Below are positions 1 to 12,797 of a stretch of DNA of 64,000 nt, in pieces. Below the pieces are notes generated by a model. That model was not told the DNA's origin. It searched no databases and saw only the letters and a program-made list of their open reading frames with translations. Position 1 is the first letter of the stretch, and every line of letters begins with the position of its first letter. Origin of the DNA: Macrostomum lignano (Eukaryota); assembly GCA_002269645.1 (NCBI GenBank), contig NIVC01000048.1, positions 275,427-339,426 on the forward strand, given 5' to 3'. The position numbers and the translations under genes were made by a program.

Positions 1-755
1 CTTGAAGTCCAGAATGAATCGCAAATGTCTATGGCCTTCAGTTTAGGATGATTTTCGATTGTCTATGGCCTTAAGTCCAAAATTTATTGTAATTGTATGT
101 CTATGGCCTGAAGTCCAGAATGAATCGCAAATGTCTATGGCCTTCAGTTTAGGATGACATACATTGTAATTGTATGTCTATGGCCTTAAATCTAAAATGG
201 ATTGCAATTGTCTATGGCCTCAAATCTAAAATAGATTGCAATTGTCTATGGCCTTAAATATAAAATAGATGCAATTGTCTATGGCCTTCAGTCTGGAATA
301 AATTGCAATTCTCTATGGCCTGAAGTCCAGAATGAATCGCAAATGTCTATTTCCTTAAGTTTAGGATGATTTGCGATTGTCTATGGCCTTAAGTTTAGGA
401 TAATCTGCGATTGTCTATGGCCTTAAGTTTAGGATAATCTGCGATTGTCTATGGCCTTAAGTTTATGATGATTTGCGATTGTCTATGGCCTTAAGTTTAG
501 GATAATTTGCGATTGTCTATGGCCTTAAGTTTAGGATAATTTGCGATTGTCTATGGCCTTAAGTTTAGGATGATTTGCGATTGCCTATGGCCTTAAGTTT
601 AGGATGATTTGTGATTGCCTATGGCCTTAAGTTCGGGATAATTTGCGATTGTCTATGGCCTTAAGTTCAAATGGATTGCTTTTTTCTATGGTTTTAAGTC
701 TAGAGTTAATTACTATTGTCTATGGCTTTAAGTCCAGAATGAATTGCAGCTGTCT
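1..755. repeat. Minisatellite, ~34-bp unit (gtctatggccttaagtttaggatgatttgcgatt), inside the ADPGK upstream intron
   Basis: gtctatggcc recurs at 34-bp spacing (e.g. 379, 413), with longer variant units toward the 5' end. Confidence 0.95.
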
Positions 756-796
756 TATGACAACATATATCGGATAAATCTTTACAATAATTTTAG

Positions 797-1532
797 GGTG
801 CAGCGGCTGAGCGCTACCTTGAAAACCAGGCAGTTTTCTCCGACATCATAGCCAGATTAAAATCGGCCTCGAATAGCGTTGCCAGGCGATTCTCTCTGGG
901 TGGCAACGCGCCCACTATGGCAAATAGACTGGCTGGGGACGGGGCAGACGTGTTGCTAGGGGCGACTCTGACGCCCGAGTATCGGGCCGCCCTCCACCGC
1001 AGGGTGATCCTTACTGGCATGGACGAATCGGTGGATTATCACGTTAGCGTCGAGTACGAAGTTGGCGACGAATGGTCCGGGGTTCGAGCCCCTCGTGCTA
1101 ATCGATTCATATTCCACAGAGATCAAGGGAATTCGCGTCTAACTAGCCTGCCAGACTTCCGGTCCAGCCTCACAGCCTTCCGCCCAGATGTTCTGGTGAT
1201 CGGCGGCCTGCAGCTCATGGACGGCATCCCTTACGCCAACTCCAGTGAGCCAGAGGCGCTGCTCTCCAATCTGGGCGGCTTCCTGTCTGAGCAGACTCAA
1301 CCGTTGATTCACTTTGAGATGGCATCGTTTGCGGATGCGGACATGCTTAAGCTGGTGATTAGGCACGTGCTTAGCAATGCAGACTCTGTCGGACTTAACG
1401 AGCAGGAGTTGCCAAATCTAGTTAGTGTACTGGAGACTGGCAAGCCTATTGTGCTGTCCGCTGCTTATCCCCGGGTGGCAACTATGCTGGACTTGATGCG
1501 ACGACTGTACGCTGCGCTCAGAGACCTGCCTG
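797..1532 (+). CDS. ADPGK: ADP-dependent glucokinase, internal exon (gene 5'-incomplete in window)
   Basis: Acceptor ttttag at 795-796. Frame reads GAAAERY...LGGNAPTMANRL...PDVLVIGGLQL...IHFEMASF...DSVGLNEQEL, typical ADPGK motifs. Phase-1 donor G|GTAAGG at 1533. Confidence 0.9.
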
Positions 1533-1555
1533 GTAAGGAATATTTACTTTTGACG

Positions 1556-2716
1556 GGAGGAGGGGGTTGGTGCAGAATGGCTAGGGAAGGGCAGTTAGTG
1601 GAGACGGCTAGGGTAGGAGGGTTGGTGCAGACGGCTGGGGGAGGGGGGTTGGTGCAGACGGCTGGGGGAGGGGGGTTGGTGCATACGGCTAAGGAAAGGG
1701 GTTGGTGCACACGGCTGGGAATAGGGATTGGTGCAGACGGCTGGGGAAGGGGGTTGGTGCACACGGCTGGGAATAGGGATTGGTGCAGACGGCTGGGGAA
1801 GGGGGTTGGTGCAGACGGCTGGGGAAGGGGGTTGGTGCATTCGGCTGGGAATAGGAGTTGGTGCAGACGACTATGGAGGGGCGTTGGTGCATACGGCTGG
1901 AAAAGGGGGATTGGTGCAGAATGGCTGGGGGAGGGGTTGGTGCAGACGACTGGAGAGGGGCGTTGGTACATACGGCTGGGGAAGGGGTTGGTGCAGACGA
2001 CTGGGGAGGGGGTTGGTGCAGACGACTGGGGAGGGGGTTGGTGCAGACGGCTGAGGAGGGGTTGGTGCAGACGACTGGGGAGGGGTTGGTGCAGACGGCT
2101 GGGGAGGGGTTGGTGCAGACGGCTGGGGAGGGGTTGGTGCACACGACTGGAGAGGGGTTGGTGCAGACGGCTGGGGAGGGGTTGGTGCACACGGCTGGGG
2201 AGGGGTTGGTGCAGACGACGGGAGGGGTTGGTGCAGACGGCTGGGGAGGGGTTGGTGCAGACGGCTGGGGAGGGGTTGGTGCACACGGCTGGGGAGGGGT
2301 TGGTGGAGACGGCTGGGGAGGGGTTGGTGCAGACGACTGGGGAGGGGTTGGTGCAGACGACTGGGGAGGAGTTGGTGCAGACGACTGGGGAGGGGGGTTG
2401 GTGCAGACGACTGGGGAGGGGTTGGTGCAGACGACTGGGGAGGGGTTGGTGCAGACGACTGGGGAGGGGTTGGTGCAGACGACTGGGGAGGGGGTTGGTG
2501 CAGACGACGGGAGGGGGTTGGTGCAGACGACTGGGGAGGGTTTTGGTGCAGAATGGCTGGAGGAGGGGAGTTGGTGCAGAATGGCTGGAGGAGGGGGGTT
2601 GGTGCATAATCGCTGGAGGGGGGAGGGGGTTGGTGCATAATGGCTGGAGGAGGGGGGGGTTGGTGCATAATGGCTGGAGGAGGGGGGAGGGGGTTGGTGC
2701 AGACGACTGGGGCAGG
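1556..2716. repeat. G-rich 24-bp minisatellite (ggggaggggttggtgcagacgact) filling the ADPGK intron
   Basis: Direct reading. It explains the many repetitive ORFs in all frames here. Confidence 0.95.
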
Positions 2717-2814
2717 GGTTCAGACGGACAGACGGACACAAACACAGTTTTGTTTTTATAGGTATGGACAATTTTGAACTGGTACTCATCGATGCCTGCT
2801 CGTATTCCCTGCAG

Positions 2815-3236
2815 GTGGTCGCCACGTGAGTCGTATCCACCTGCACACGCTGGGCTTCCAGGCCATTCTCACTCGATCCAATTCCCGCTGGGTGAATTCT
2901 CGCTCAGCGGCAGCCAGGGCTGCCCTGGTTGCTCACCGGTTCACCTGTTCCGTGCCCGACGTTGACGTTGACCGAGCCAAGCTGCTCATGGATGACAGCT
3001 TCGCTATCAGCGAAATGCCCGGCGCTTTTCGGCGAACTTTCAACGCCAGCGAGCCGGTCAGCTGCTGGACGGAGCCGGTAGCGCCTGGAGCCGATGGTCG
3101 CAGCCAGTCCAGCGAGACGCTGGCTCTGTGCGTGGCTCCCGGCCTGGTGTGCACCCGGGTGCGCCAAACCGGCGGCGCTGGGGACAACATCTCGGCTGCC
3201 GGCCTGTCGCCGCAGGTGGACCCGACTGGGGAGTGA
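2815..3236 (+). CDS. ADPGK: ADP-dependent glucokinase, last exon
   Basis: Acceptor ttccctgcag at 2813-2814 is phase-matched to the donor at 1533. Contains SRIHLHTLGFQ and the C-terminal TGGAGDNISAAGL (ribokinase-fold GxGD motif). Stop at 3234-3236. Confidence 0.9.
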
Positions 3237-3262
3237 TGGGGACACTTGCTTTGTGTCTAGAA

Positions 3263-3263
<1 letters not shown>

Positions 3264-3321
<58 letters not shown>

Positions 3322-3344
3322 GCCTGTCTGCCTGTCTGTCTGCC

Positions 3345-3389
<45 letters not shown>

Positions 3390-3532
3390 TTCTGTCTGTG
3401 TGTCTGTGTCCGAAGGTTTGTCTGTCTGTCGGTCTGCCTGTCTGTCTGTGTGTCTGTGTGTCTGTCTGTCTGTCTGTCTTTCTGTCTGTCTGTCTGTCTC
3501 TGTCTGCCTGTCTGTCTGTCTGTCTGTCTGCC

Positions 3533-3581
<49 letters not shown>

Positions 3582-3595
3582 GCCTGTCTGTCTGT
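3264..3595. repeat. (CTGT)n microsatellite
   Basis: Direct reading. Confidence 0.98.
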
Positions 3596-3999
3596 AGTTC
3601 AATATCTCTATCCTTTCGATATCCTTGGTTGTTGGAATTTAGAGCCAAAATAATAAACACGCGACGAGGTTGGGCCGTGCTAATTATTCTTCTTCAACTT
3701 GCTCACCTGTTAGTGTCTGCCGAAAGCCCCCTTAGGCTCTTGTTTGGCATCTGTCTGTATTCACAAATTTTTTCAAATAATGTGATTTTGGGCGATTTTA
3801 ATTACTTACTTTATTGGCTTTGCCAATTGTTTTTATTATTTTTATTCCGATCTCTTAATGCACTTCTTACAATTTATAATGGCATTTTCCTTTCTATGCA
3901 ATGTCCTAAATACAATATAGACATAATTGTAATCGATTTAGCAAAAATAGTTGGTTCCTTTACTTTTATGCCTCCATTCCAATACACACCTCTTTGTAC

Positions 4000-4440
4000 G
4001 CATCTTTCAGAGCCACCTTTACTTTCCTCGCCCCTTCGTACGCTTTCTCTAGACCCACCCCTCCATTCCTCACCCATTTGTACGCTTTCTCCAGACCCAC
4101 CCCTCCATTCCTCACCCATTTGTACGCTTTCTCCAGACCCACCCCTCCCATCCTCATCCCTTTGTACGCTTTCTCCAGACCCACCCCTCCATTCCTCACC
4201 CCTTTGTACGCTTTCTTCAGACCCACCCCTCCATTCCTCACCCCTTTGTACGCTTTCTCCAGACCCACCCCTCCATTCCTCACCCCTTTGTACGCTTTCT
4301 CCAGACCCACCCCTCCATTCCTCACCCCTTTGTACGCTTTCTTCAGACCCACCCCTCCATTCCTCACCCCTTTGTACGCTTTCTCCAGACCCACCCCTCC
4401 ATTCCTCACCCCTTTATACGCTTTCTTCAGACCCACCCCA
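4000..4440. repeat. 42-bp minisatellite (ccctttgtacgctttctccagacccacccctccattcctcac)
   Basis: About 10 tandem units, giving 14-aa periodicity in the ORFs. Confidence 0.95.
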
Positions 4441-5196
4441 CTCCCAGGAGTCATTAAGCACTTAGTTTTACGGTATAAGTTTGTATTTATTTAATAGTAT
4501 AATCTAGTAGGTATCAAAACTATGGAATAAGGCTTTGATTAGGTTTTGAATTATTGATTTTTAATACTAGGACTGCTTTAATTAGTCTTAATCTACTCAG
4601 TCTAATCTGCATTAGTGTCTTAAATTTTGCTATTTAACATTGAAATTGTTCCTAAGAGTGCTGAATTAAAACTCTGCCTTCTTAGTTCTTTTGATATACA
4701 TTTTAGAAGACATTGTTGCACAGATCTGTTGAACTTTTGTCCGCACTGTTTACTTAGAATGCTGTAGTAGTATAAGTAGCTAAATGTCATATTTAGTGAA
4801 AAATTGACTGAAATTGTCTAAAATTTATTTGTCTTTTCTCTGGTGAAATCTTGACTTACCTGCCTTGGTAATTGGTAGCAGATTGTGCTTTGATTTTTTG
4901 CAATGCGTTTGACAATTGGACAGAACAGATTTTTTTATTAAATGTACTTTTGACTGTGGTTAAAGCGTTGTCGTTGTAGTAGATTAGCTAATTTTATTTC
5001 CTGATTAAATTAGTTTGTCTTATTATTTTAACATGGTATGCTGGAATAAACACCTTTGCAATCTGTTTTTAAAGAACTGTGTTTCTGCCAATTAGTTGTT
5101 GATCCCATTTGTTTCTTTCTGAAGTTTAAAATTTCATTTTGAAATTGTTGGACAGACTTCGGGCTTGATTTGAATCTGATTAAATTCTACAAATCT

Positions 5197-5751
5197 CTGC
5201 AGCTGGCGCCCCCTCCCTCTGTAGCTGGCGCCCCCTCCCACTGTAGCTGGCGCCCCCTCCCTCTGTAGCTGGCGCCCCTCTTTCCTTCTGTAGCTGGCGC
5301 CCCCTCCCTCTGTAGCTGGCGCCCCCTCCCTCTGTAGCTGGCGCCCCCTCCCTCTGTAGCTGGCGCCCCCTCCCTCTGTAGCTGGCGCCCCCTCCCTCTG
5401 TAGCTGGCGCCCCCTCCCTCTGTAGCTGGCGCCCCCTCCTTCTGTAGCTGGCGCCCCCTCCCTCTGTAGCTGGCGCCCCCTCCCTCTGTAGCTGGCGCCC
5501 CCTCCCTCTGTAGCTGGCGCCCCCTCCCTCTGTAGCTGGCGCCTCCTCCTTCTGTAGCTGGCGCCCCCTCCCTCTGTAGCTGGCGCCTCCTCCTTCTGTA
5601 GCTGGCGCCCCTCCCTCTGTAGCTGGCGCCCCCTCCCTCTGTAGCTGGCGCCCCTCCCTCTGTAGCTGGCGCCCCCTCCCTCTGTAGCTGGCGCCTCCTC
5701 CTTCTGTAGCTGGCGCCCCCTCCCTCTGTAGCTGGCGCCCCCTCCCTCTGT
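5197..5751. repeat. 22-bp minisatellite (ctgtagctggcgccccctccct)
   Basis: Direct reading. Confidence 0.95.
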
Positions 5752-6477
5752 ACATTTTATAAACCCAGAAAAGAAATTGATGGCAATGCAAATCAAATGG
5801 TATTTAAGAAATCTTTGCATATAAATTGATACAATTGACGTACTTGTAACTCAGCGGCAACGTGCGCAACTTTGAATCTCACTGATGGAAACTTCGTACG
5901 CATTTGAGTACAGATTCAGTGAATCGAAGCATTCAGTGCCTTAATTTTGCGTGCGGAATTATAGCTGATGCATGAGGCTAAGAAGCTGTGTTGCTTCTCT
6001 CAAAACTCATTCGGGCCACCCGCAAACAATGAACCGGTAGTTGACTGCACCGACTTCCTGCTTGAAGATTTCCGTTACCAAGCCACTCTGGTAGAACTTG
6101 CTTCCTTAACAGCACAACAGAATGAAAGCTTAAGACAAAGACAGTTCCTATTTACTGCACCGGAACTGCTAGCAAAGTCGCAGTAGCAAGCCCTTCTTTC
6201 TGGTTAAGCTCCAGGGACACAGTTCCTTCCTTTGACGGAATTTTTTTTTTATTTGTAGCTATTATTCTGGCATGTGAAATCGATAAAATTGCTGTGAGCC
6301 CCGTGTGGAAAACTTGTCAGTTTTAGCTACTTATTATGAGACTGTGGGCGTTTACTTAACTCTAGTAAGTTGCTTGAGCAGGCCTTGGGAGGTAAGATTT
6401 TACTGCTTTGGATGGTATCCTATCCTCAGGGTAAAATGATGTTTCGATGAAGTTTATTGTGAAGTTTCAAAGGACAA

Positions 6478-7535
6478 ATGGGTTAGTGCAGACCGCTGGG
6501 GAAGGGTTTGGTGCAGACGGCTGGGGATTGGTTTGGTGCAGAATGGCTGGGGAGGGGTTTGGTGCAGAATGGCTGGGGAGGGGTTTGGTGAAGACCGCTG
6601 GGGAGGGGTTTGGTGCAGACGGCTGGGGAAGGGTTTGGTGAAGACCGCTGGGGAGGGGTTTGGTGCAGAATGGCTGGGGAGGGGTTTGGTGCAGACAGCT
6701 GGGAAGGGGTTTGGTAAAGACCGCTGGGGAGGGGTTTGGTGCAGAATGGCTGGGGAGGGGTTTGGTGCAGACGGCTGGGGAGGGGTTTGGTGAAGACCGC
6801 TAGGGGAGGTGTTTGGTAAAGACGGCTGGGGAAGGGGGGTTGGTGCAGAATGGCTGGGGAAGGGGGTTGGTGTAGAATGACTGGGGAAGGGGGTTGGTGC
6901 AGAATGGCTGGGGAAGGGGGTTGGTTGGTGCAGAATGGCTGGGGAAGGGGGTTGGTGCAGAATGGCTGGGGAAGGGGGTTGGTGTAGAATGACTGGGGAA
7001 GGGGGTTGGTGCAGAATGGCTGGGGAAGGGGGTTGGTTGGTGCAGAATGGCTGGGGAAGGGGGTTGGTTGGTGCAGAATGGCTGGGGAAGGGGTTGGTGC
7101 AGAATGGCTGGGGAAAGGGGTTGGCGTAAAATGACTGGGGAAGGGGGTTGGTGCAGAATGGCTGGGGAAGGGGGTTGGTTGGTGCAGAATGGCTGGGGAG
7201 GGGAGTTGGTGCAGAATGGCTGGGGAAGGGGGTTGGTGCAGAATGACTGGGGAAGGGGATTGGTTGGTGCAGAATGGCTGGGGAAGAGGGTTGGTGCAGA
7301 ATGGCTGGGGAAAGGGGTTGGTGCAGAATGGCTGGGAAAGGGGGTTGGTTGGTGCAGAATGGCTGGGGAAGGGGGTTGGTTGGTGCAGAATGGCTGGGGA
7401 AGGGGGTTGGTGCAGAATGGCTGGGGAAGGGGGTTGGTGCAGAATGGCTGGGGAAGGGGGTTGGTGCAGAATGGCTGGGGAAGGGGTTTGGTGCAGAATG
7501 GCTGGGAAAGGAGGTTGGTTCAGCCGGCTGGGAGA
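6478..7535. repeat. G-rich ~24-bp minisatellite, same family and orientation as the ADPGK intron array
   Basis: ggggaagggggttggtgcagaatggct units. Confidence 0.95.
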
Positions 7536-8148
7536 GGGGTTGCCGTAAACAAAAGTTTCTTTAATTTTTCCCTCAATTTAATTCCTTTAATTTTTGCAAA
7601 ATTTGGTTTCATTTGGTTGAGCGGTTTGGCAGTTTATAGCGAAAAAATAAATACATTTAAATCTGTTTAAGCGAATCAAATGAAATTACTTACAGTGATG
7701 TTTTATGTAATTCTTTACTTTTTTATTGAAACGAGCCAGGAAATTTTGTATTTGTTCAAAGCTGTTATCATAACAGACTGTAATCATGTAGCAGCTTTCA
7801 ATAGACTCATCGACCGGTCATATTCAGCTTGTGCAACTCAATAAAAATAATATGAGTAGCTAGCTAGATGTAAATGTATAATAAAAAATTTAGAGGCCAT
7901 CTTGAAATAATAATTAAGGCTATTCGCTAAAAAGTACGGTCGAATATTATATAACAGGTTTGCTAATAAAAAGAATAGAAGTAAATGTTGCCAAGAAGAT
8001 TTCATATACACTATCAGATAAGGATTAAATATTCTAAAGCATACCGTAGCTAAATTTTGGTTCTTTTGCAAAGCAGAACGCATTTTCCACGTCAGTAATC
8101 CACAGATGATGCAGTTTCTGAAATTCACGGTTTTGTTGTATCTCAGAA

Positions 8149-8886
8149 TCAAGCGAAAGGTGACAGGCACTCGCACAGAACATTGGAAACTTCATTGTAT
8201 GCGTCCCAGATATCCGTGAGACCCTTTAAATTGAGATATTTTCCAATTGCATTGTCACCACCACCGTAGTCATTAGGCTCGCCAGGGGCCCAGAAGCTGC
8301 CAACGCTGGTGTTGCAGCCGACCCAGTACCAGCCGCCCAGAGGCTCCGCACTGCCTGCTGACTGGCGGCCTCCGAGCCAGATCGATTGTCCAGAGCTGTA
8401 GGTTGAGTAGATCGAGTCCACGTGCCTCATCTCCTGGGCGCTGGTCACGTCGGCCATGATGACCAGACCGCTCTCTGACTCGCACTTCTGTCTGCTCGGC
8501 CACCACGTCCCGATACCAGAGTACAGCCTATACTTCACTCCGCACAGGTCCATGCCGTAGCCAGACGGACACAGCGCGCCCGCCTCGAGTCCCGGCCGCT
8601 GCTTGACGAACACCCGGCCTCTCCTGGAGCAGCCGCAGCTCCTCACCGACTTGCTGCACTTGTCGAACACGAACAGCTGGCACGGACCGTCAGCCAGGCT
8701 GAACGCCTGACAGCGCTGGTTTTGGGCGCACAGAGCGGCGCACCCGACTTTGAGTGCGCTTGAGTAGGTCTCAACAAACTCGCCGTTGATGCAGAGATAT
8801 CCGTTGATGAGAACATACAGTTGCTGGTTGTCACTGCCGAGCGTGAGGCCCAGAGCCAAAAACATCGTCAGGAGATTGATGCTCAT
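8149..8886 (-). CDS. Secreted PAN/apple-like + C-type lectin protein, copy 1 (EPN motif), intronless, 245 aa
   Basis: ATG at 8886 with hydrophobic signal peptide MSINLLTMFLALGLTLG. PAN-like CAALCAQNQRCQAFSLADGPCQLF. CTL features CPSGY, TWWPSRQKC, IWLGG, WAPGEPND and terminal VLCEC. Confidence 0.85.
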   Translation of the reverse strand: MSINLLTMFLALGLTLGSDNQQLYVLINGYLCINGEFVETYSSALKVGCAALCAQNQRCQAFSLADGPCQLFVFDKCSKSVRSCGCSRRGRVFVKQRPGLEAGALCPSGYGMDLCGVKYRLYSGIGTWWPSRQKCESESGLVIMADVTSAQEMRHVDSIYSTYSSGQSIWLGGRQSAGSAEPLGGWYWVGCNTSVGSFWAPGEPNDYGGGDNAIGKYLNLKGLTDIWDAYNEVSNVLCECLSPFA

Positions 8887-9990
8887 CGTCAATGCTTAAG
8901 AAACTACGGTGCTAAAATTCACAGAGGCAGCTGCTGTTATGCGAGTTGCAGCTCAAAATTTATGGCTTTCTTGAGTGCGTTTTTTACCTGGAGCGCTTTT
9001 TTAGTTTCTTTTCTGAGTATCTCCCTGCCTTGATTAGCTCTGAACAATGAAATCGTTGTTAGTTGTTGGCAACAGCTGCTCACAGCTTTAGCGATGCCAG
9101 CAGGTTTTTTTCAGCTGCAGGGCATCCATTTAGAAATTATTGACGTATACTGCAGTTGTCAGCTTTCGCCATTCTTTTCCAACCACCTCAAGTCTCAGAA
9201 AGCAGATGTCCGTTCTCTCAGACAATGGCTTAGGACTTAGGAAGCAAAGCATATATATTATTTAAGCATTTTATTTTCAGTTAAGACACTTCAGACATTT
9301 GTCTTTTGCCAATCATTTTGCAAAAGTCTTCTAACTTAACCAACCTGTGGGGGGAAATCGAACAGGAGATATTTAACTCGGTAGATAACATATTACTCAA
9401 GAAAAAAATTGTCTGCATAAAGTATGAAGTGTAAGAGAGTGAGGGAGACGTGGGAGCGCAGCACACAAACAGCAATGCCAACAATGAAGTATTTTCAAGA
9501 CTGATACAAAGTTGCCATTGCAAGGCAGGAATTAAAAAGGGTAGTTATTCACAACATATCCCTCGGTACCCAACCCGGTAGACGACCGGTTAACAATAGA
9601 CTTACACTGTATGCATCGACTCTTCTGCTCCTCCGGAGCGTCGCAACCGGAGACAACAGGAGGGCCCCTTCCCTGAGATCCTCTGAAACCCATGGACGAA
9701 CAGCGACCACCAAGTGGAGATCCATAGTTTGGCCGTCCGCGGCCGTTACTATGCGGACATTCTGAAGGAAGTCCAAGCTGACCGTTGGTCTGAGGGCAGC
9801 TGTAACAGGGGTTCCGATGTGAACCAGATCTCCGAAGTCCATCGCGCGCTCCTGCTCCACTTGCTGCTCTTGGCGCCGCTGCATTCTGTCCGCCAGCGTC
9901 AGCATTTGACCTCGTGAGATAAAAAAACTGGACAAATTTATATGTATGATCCTTCGTGACGAAAGAAACGATACCAAGAAGATGTAGCGG

Positions 9991-11013
9991 ATGCGATTGC
10001 GCGTGGGAAACTTCGCAGAGGTGAACTGCGAGTTGATGTTGCTGACGGCTGCCAGCGGAGCCGCGGACGCGACCGGCTGTCCCAGCAGCTCCCGGCAGTC
10101 GCTGCAGCCCCTGCATAGCGAAGCCTGCGTGCCGGATTCGGATCGGCAGCGCCAGATTCGACTGCCGAACGCGCAGCTCATCAACGGCGTCGCCGACCTG
10201 CAGTCTTGCGCCCAGGACTGCGCTCTCCGACCGACCGTCTGCGCGGTCACTCAGTTCCGGTTCGCTGCCCGTCTGTGTCACGTGACCCCAGAGCTGCCGC
10301 AACCCGCCAGCGAGACCGAGGCTGCTGTGACGGCGACTTGAGGTGACTGCGTGGCGTCGCTGCTGAGACGCAACGCATCCGGAGCCTCGGGCTGGCCATT
10401 TGCTGCTCGAATGTCCGCTTTCTTCGACTTCCGCGTCTCCGACCGGAACCTCGGCGGCAGCGTCGGAGACGGCTTCTCGACGTCGGCACCGGTGCAGTTC
10501 GTCGGCGCCGCCGCGCGCAACTTGTCAGGATTTCAAGCTTTTGTCCCTCTTAGCAAAGAGTACTCAGTTTTCTTTAGCATCGACAGATCGCCAAGAGTTC
10601 CTTCCGAAATGATCTATCTGTGGCGGGTGGTGACGTCTGGGGGAGGCAACACGCCGTTCTGCGCGTTCGCCTACTTCTCGGGCAGGAAAGTGAAATTCGC
10701 CAACTTGTTTGCCCGTCTGACTGGGTTCCTCACGGATGCTTCATTGCCTCTGGTGCCTTTGAAGAAGTTCTACATAGGCCTGAGCTACAGCAGTGCTTCT
10801 GGAGCTCACACCGTTGTCCACAATGGCACAGCCTTTTCTGTTTCAACGCAAACCAACTACGAGCTGAATATTGATGCTGAGTACACTGAGATCTGGCTGG
10901 GATCGCCGAGCACTGATGATTCTGTCGCCTTTGAGGGAAGAATTATCTGCTTTGCCTTTGCTCCCGTGTCAATGACAGTTGAGGACTTTCAAGCCTTGGG
11001 TTCAGCTTGCTGA
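9991..11013 (+). pseudogene. PAN/apple-like + LamG/ConA-like lectin ORF interrupted by one in-frame TGA (10339-10341)
   Basis: ORFs 9991-10341 and 10351-11013 share one frame. LQSCAQDCALRPTVCAVTQFRFAARLCHV is PAN-like. The C-terminal FEGRIICFAFAPVSMTVEDFQAL resembles the LamG_3 end motif. Domain calls are by eye. Confidence 0.55.
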
Positions 11014-11784
11014 GCTGTTCGTCACGAGTTCAACGATTGAACTGACAACACCGCTGTTTAACTAACTGTTGAACTAAAATCGAATTCAACCCAACAACCG
11101 ACTCTACTGCGAAGAAAAGTTTTAAAAACACCCATGCTGTTGTTACTTTTATTTGATTCATTGCTTGTCTTTTGTTCCACCTATCAAAAAATTGTGTAGC
11201 TATCTATTTTAATAATACTGACCTGTCCTGTTGCCGAAAGGCCCTTAATATTTTAATACTACGAGGGTAAATATACGAAACTTACGAAATCTGGCAGTTA
11301 TAGCTGTTCGAGCAATTCAATTTTGCGTCTTCTGATAATTAATTAATAATTATGATTATGATTAGCTGTGATAATTATGACTGGCTCACGCTATCACGCG
11401 GCACTAAAGTTAAGCAATGTCTTTAATGCCAGTTTACGAGCTAACGTCGTTAGGAAGCACAAGCATGCAAAAGTGCCGTCATTGGCGGCGTCCTGATCAC
11501 CAGCCGATTGATGAACCCTTGGAACTGTTAGTTTTAAGAAGTCCCAGACAATTTCGATGGGGTCGAGCAGCAAAAGTGTTCTACGCCTGTCTGCCTGCAG
11601 TCACAGTTTGTAGACACTGGACTAGTATTAAAAAAAGCAGTTCTTGCATTGACTTACGATCTCATTGGTTATTCTGCTTTACACTGATATCGACTCTCAT
11701 AATTCGTGTGAGTCGCCTTCTTTTTTCTTGCTTTAGAAATGAATGTTAACCCGGAAATTTGCGAAAAGTTTACAAAGTTTACTG

Positions 11785-12005
11785 GCCTCCGAGACAGATC
11801 GACTGTTCAGAGCTGTAGGTTGAGTAGATGGAGTCCACGTGGCTCATCTCCTGGGCGCTGGTCACGTCGGCCATGATGACCAGACCGCAATCTGACTCAC
11901 ACTTCTGCCTGCTCGGCCACCACGTCCCGATACCAGAGTACAGCCTGTACTTCACTCCGCACAGGTGCATGCCGTAGCCAGACGGACACAGCGCCTCTCC
12001 TGGAG
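11785..12005 (-). pseudogene. C-type lectin fragment, copy 3
   Basis: Near-identical to the CTL core of copies 1 and 2. Truncated at both ends with an internal deletion. Confidence 0.85.
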
Positions 12006-12479
12006 CGTATAACATCCGATTCTCAGGTTTTTGCTGCAGCAAAAAATCCCTCCCCCTGTTTCATTCCTTCGAGATTAAGGTCATAATTCTTTCTCTGTCT
12101 TTCTCAGACTCTGGAAATTCTGTCTTTATTTAAAGTCTTTATTTTATTTATTCTGTCATTATTTAAACATAATGGTTGTTGGATTTCTTATCTGACAGGG
12201 TTAATTTGGTATCCATTTTTGCCTAAGGGCTATTGGATTGCACACATTTGTGAGTCGTTTCTATTTTGGGAAAAAAACAAAAGCATTATAAGATAATTTG
12301 TATTCATAAAGCTGGATTTGGGAGAAGTAAAGGAGATTTGAGCTCTGCTAAGGTTTGAAAGGCGACAACAGATGTGGCTCAAACATGAGCTGCAGCTGCA
12401 TGTAGACGAAAAATCGATGCAAGTTAGAATTTACAAACGACTTTTACTATTCTGTTTCTTGTCAATCCTATCCCAATAA

Positions 12480-12797
12480 TAATAATAATACTAATTGATA
12501 ACACCATCTCTAATGGCCAGATGTGCAATCGAAAGCTCAGCCGCAGCTATGTGCGGAGCATCTGAAGGCTGCGTACGGCTGTTCAGTCCAAGGACTGGGG
12601 GGGGGGGGGTATCGCCACACACAACACCCTCAATTACCTCAGCTAATGCTGGCACCCATTTTACAGCTTGGTGAACGGAAGCAATGCAGAGTGAAGTGTC
12701 TTGCTCAAGGACACAAATTGTTCCCAAATGAATCGAGAATCGAACCCCCGACCTTCAAGTCGTGAGTCCGACGCTCTGACCACACTAGACTATACAA
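12480..12797 (-). mobile_element. tRNA-derived SINE, copy A
   Basis: On the minus strand, A-box-like tagtctagtgtggt, B-box ggttcgattc and core gtgtccttgagcaagacac. Homologous to 22912-23235. Confidence 0.8.

Noticed and set aside
917-2761. 614-aa ORF read as one protein
   Set aside because: After 1532 it reads through the minisatellite intron. The true ADPGK frame resumes at 2815 via a phase-matched splice
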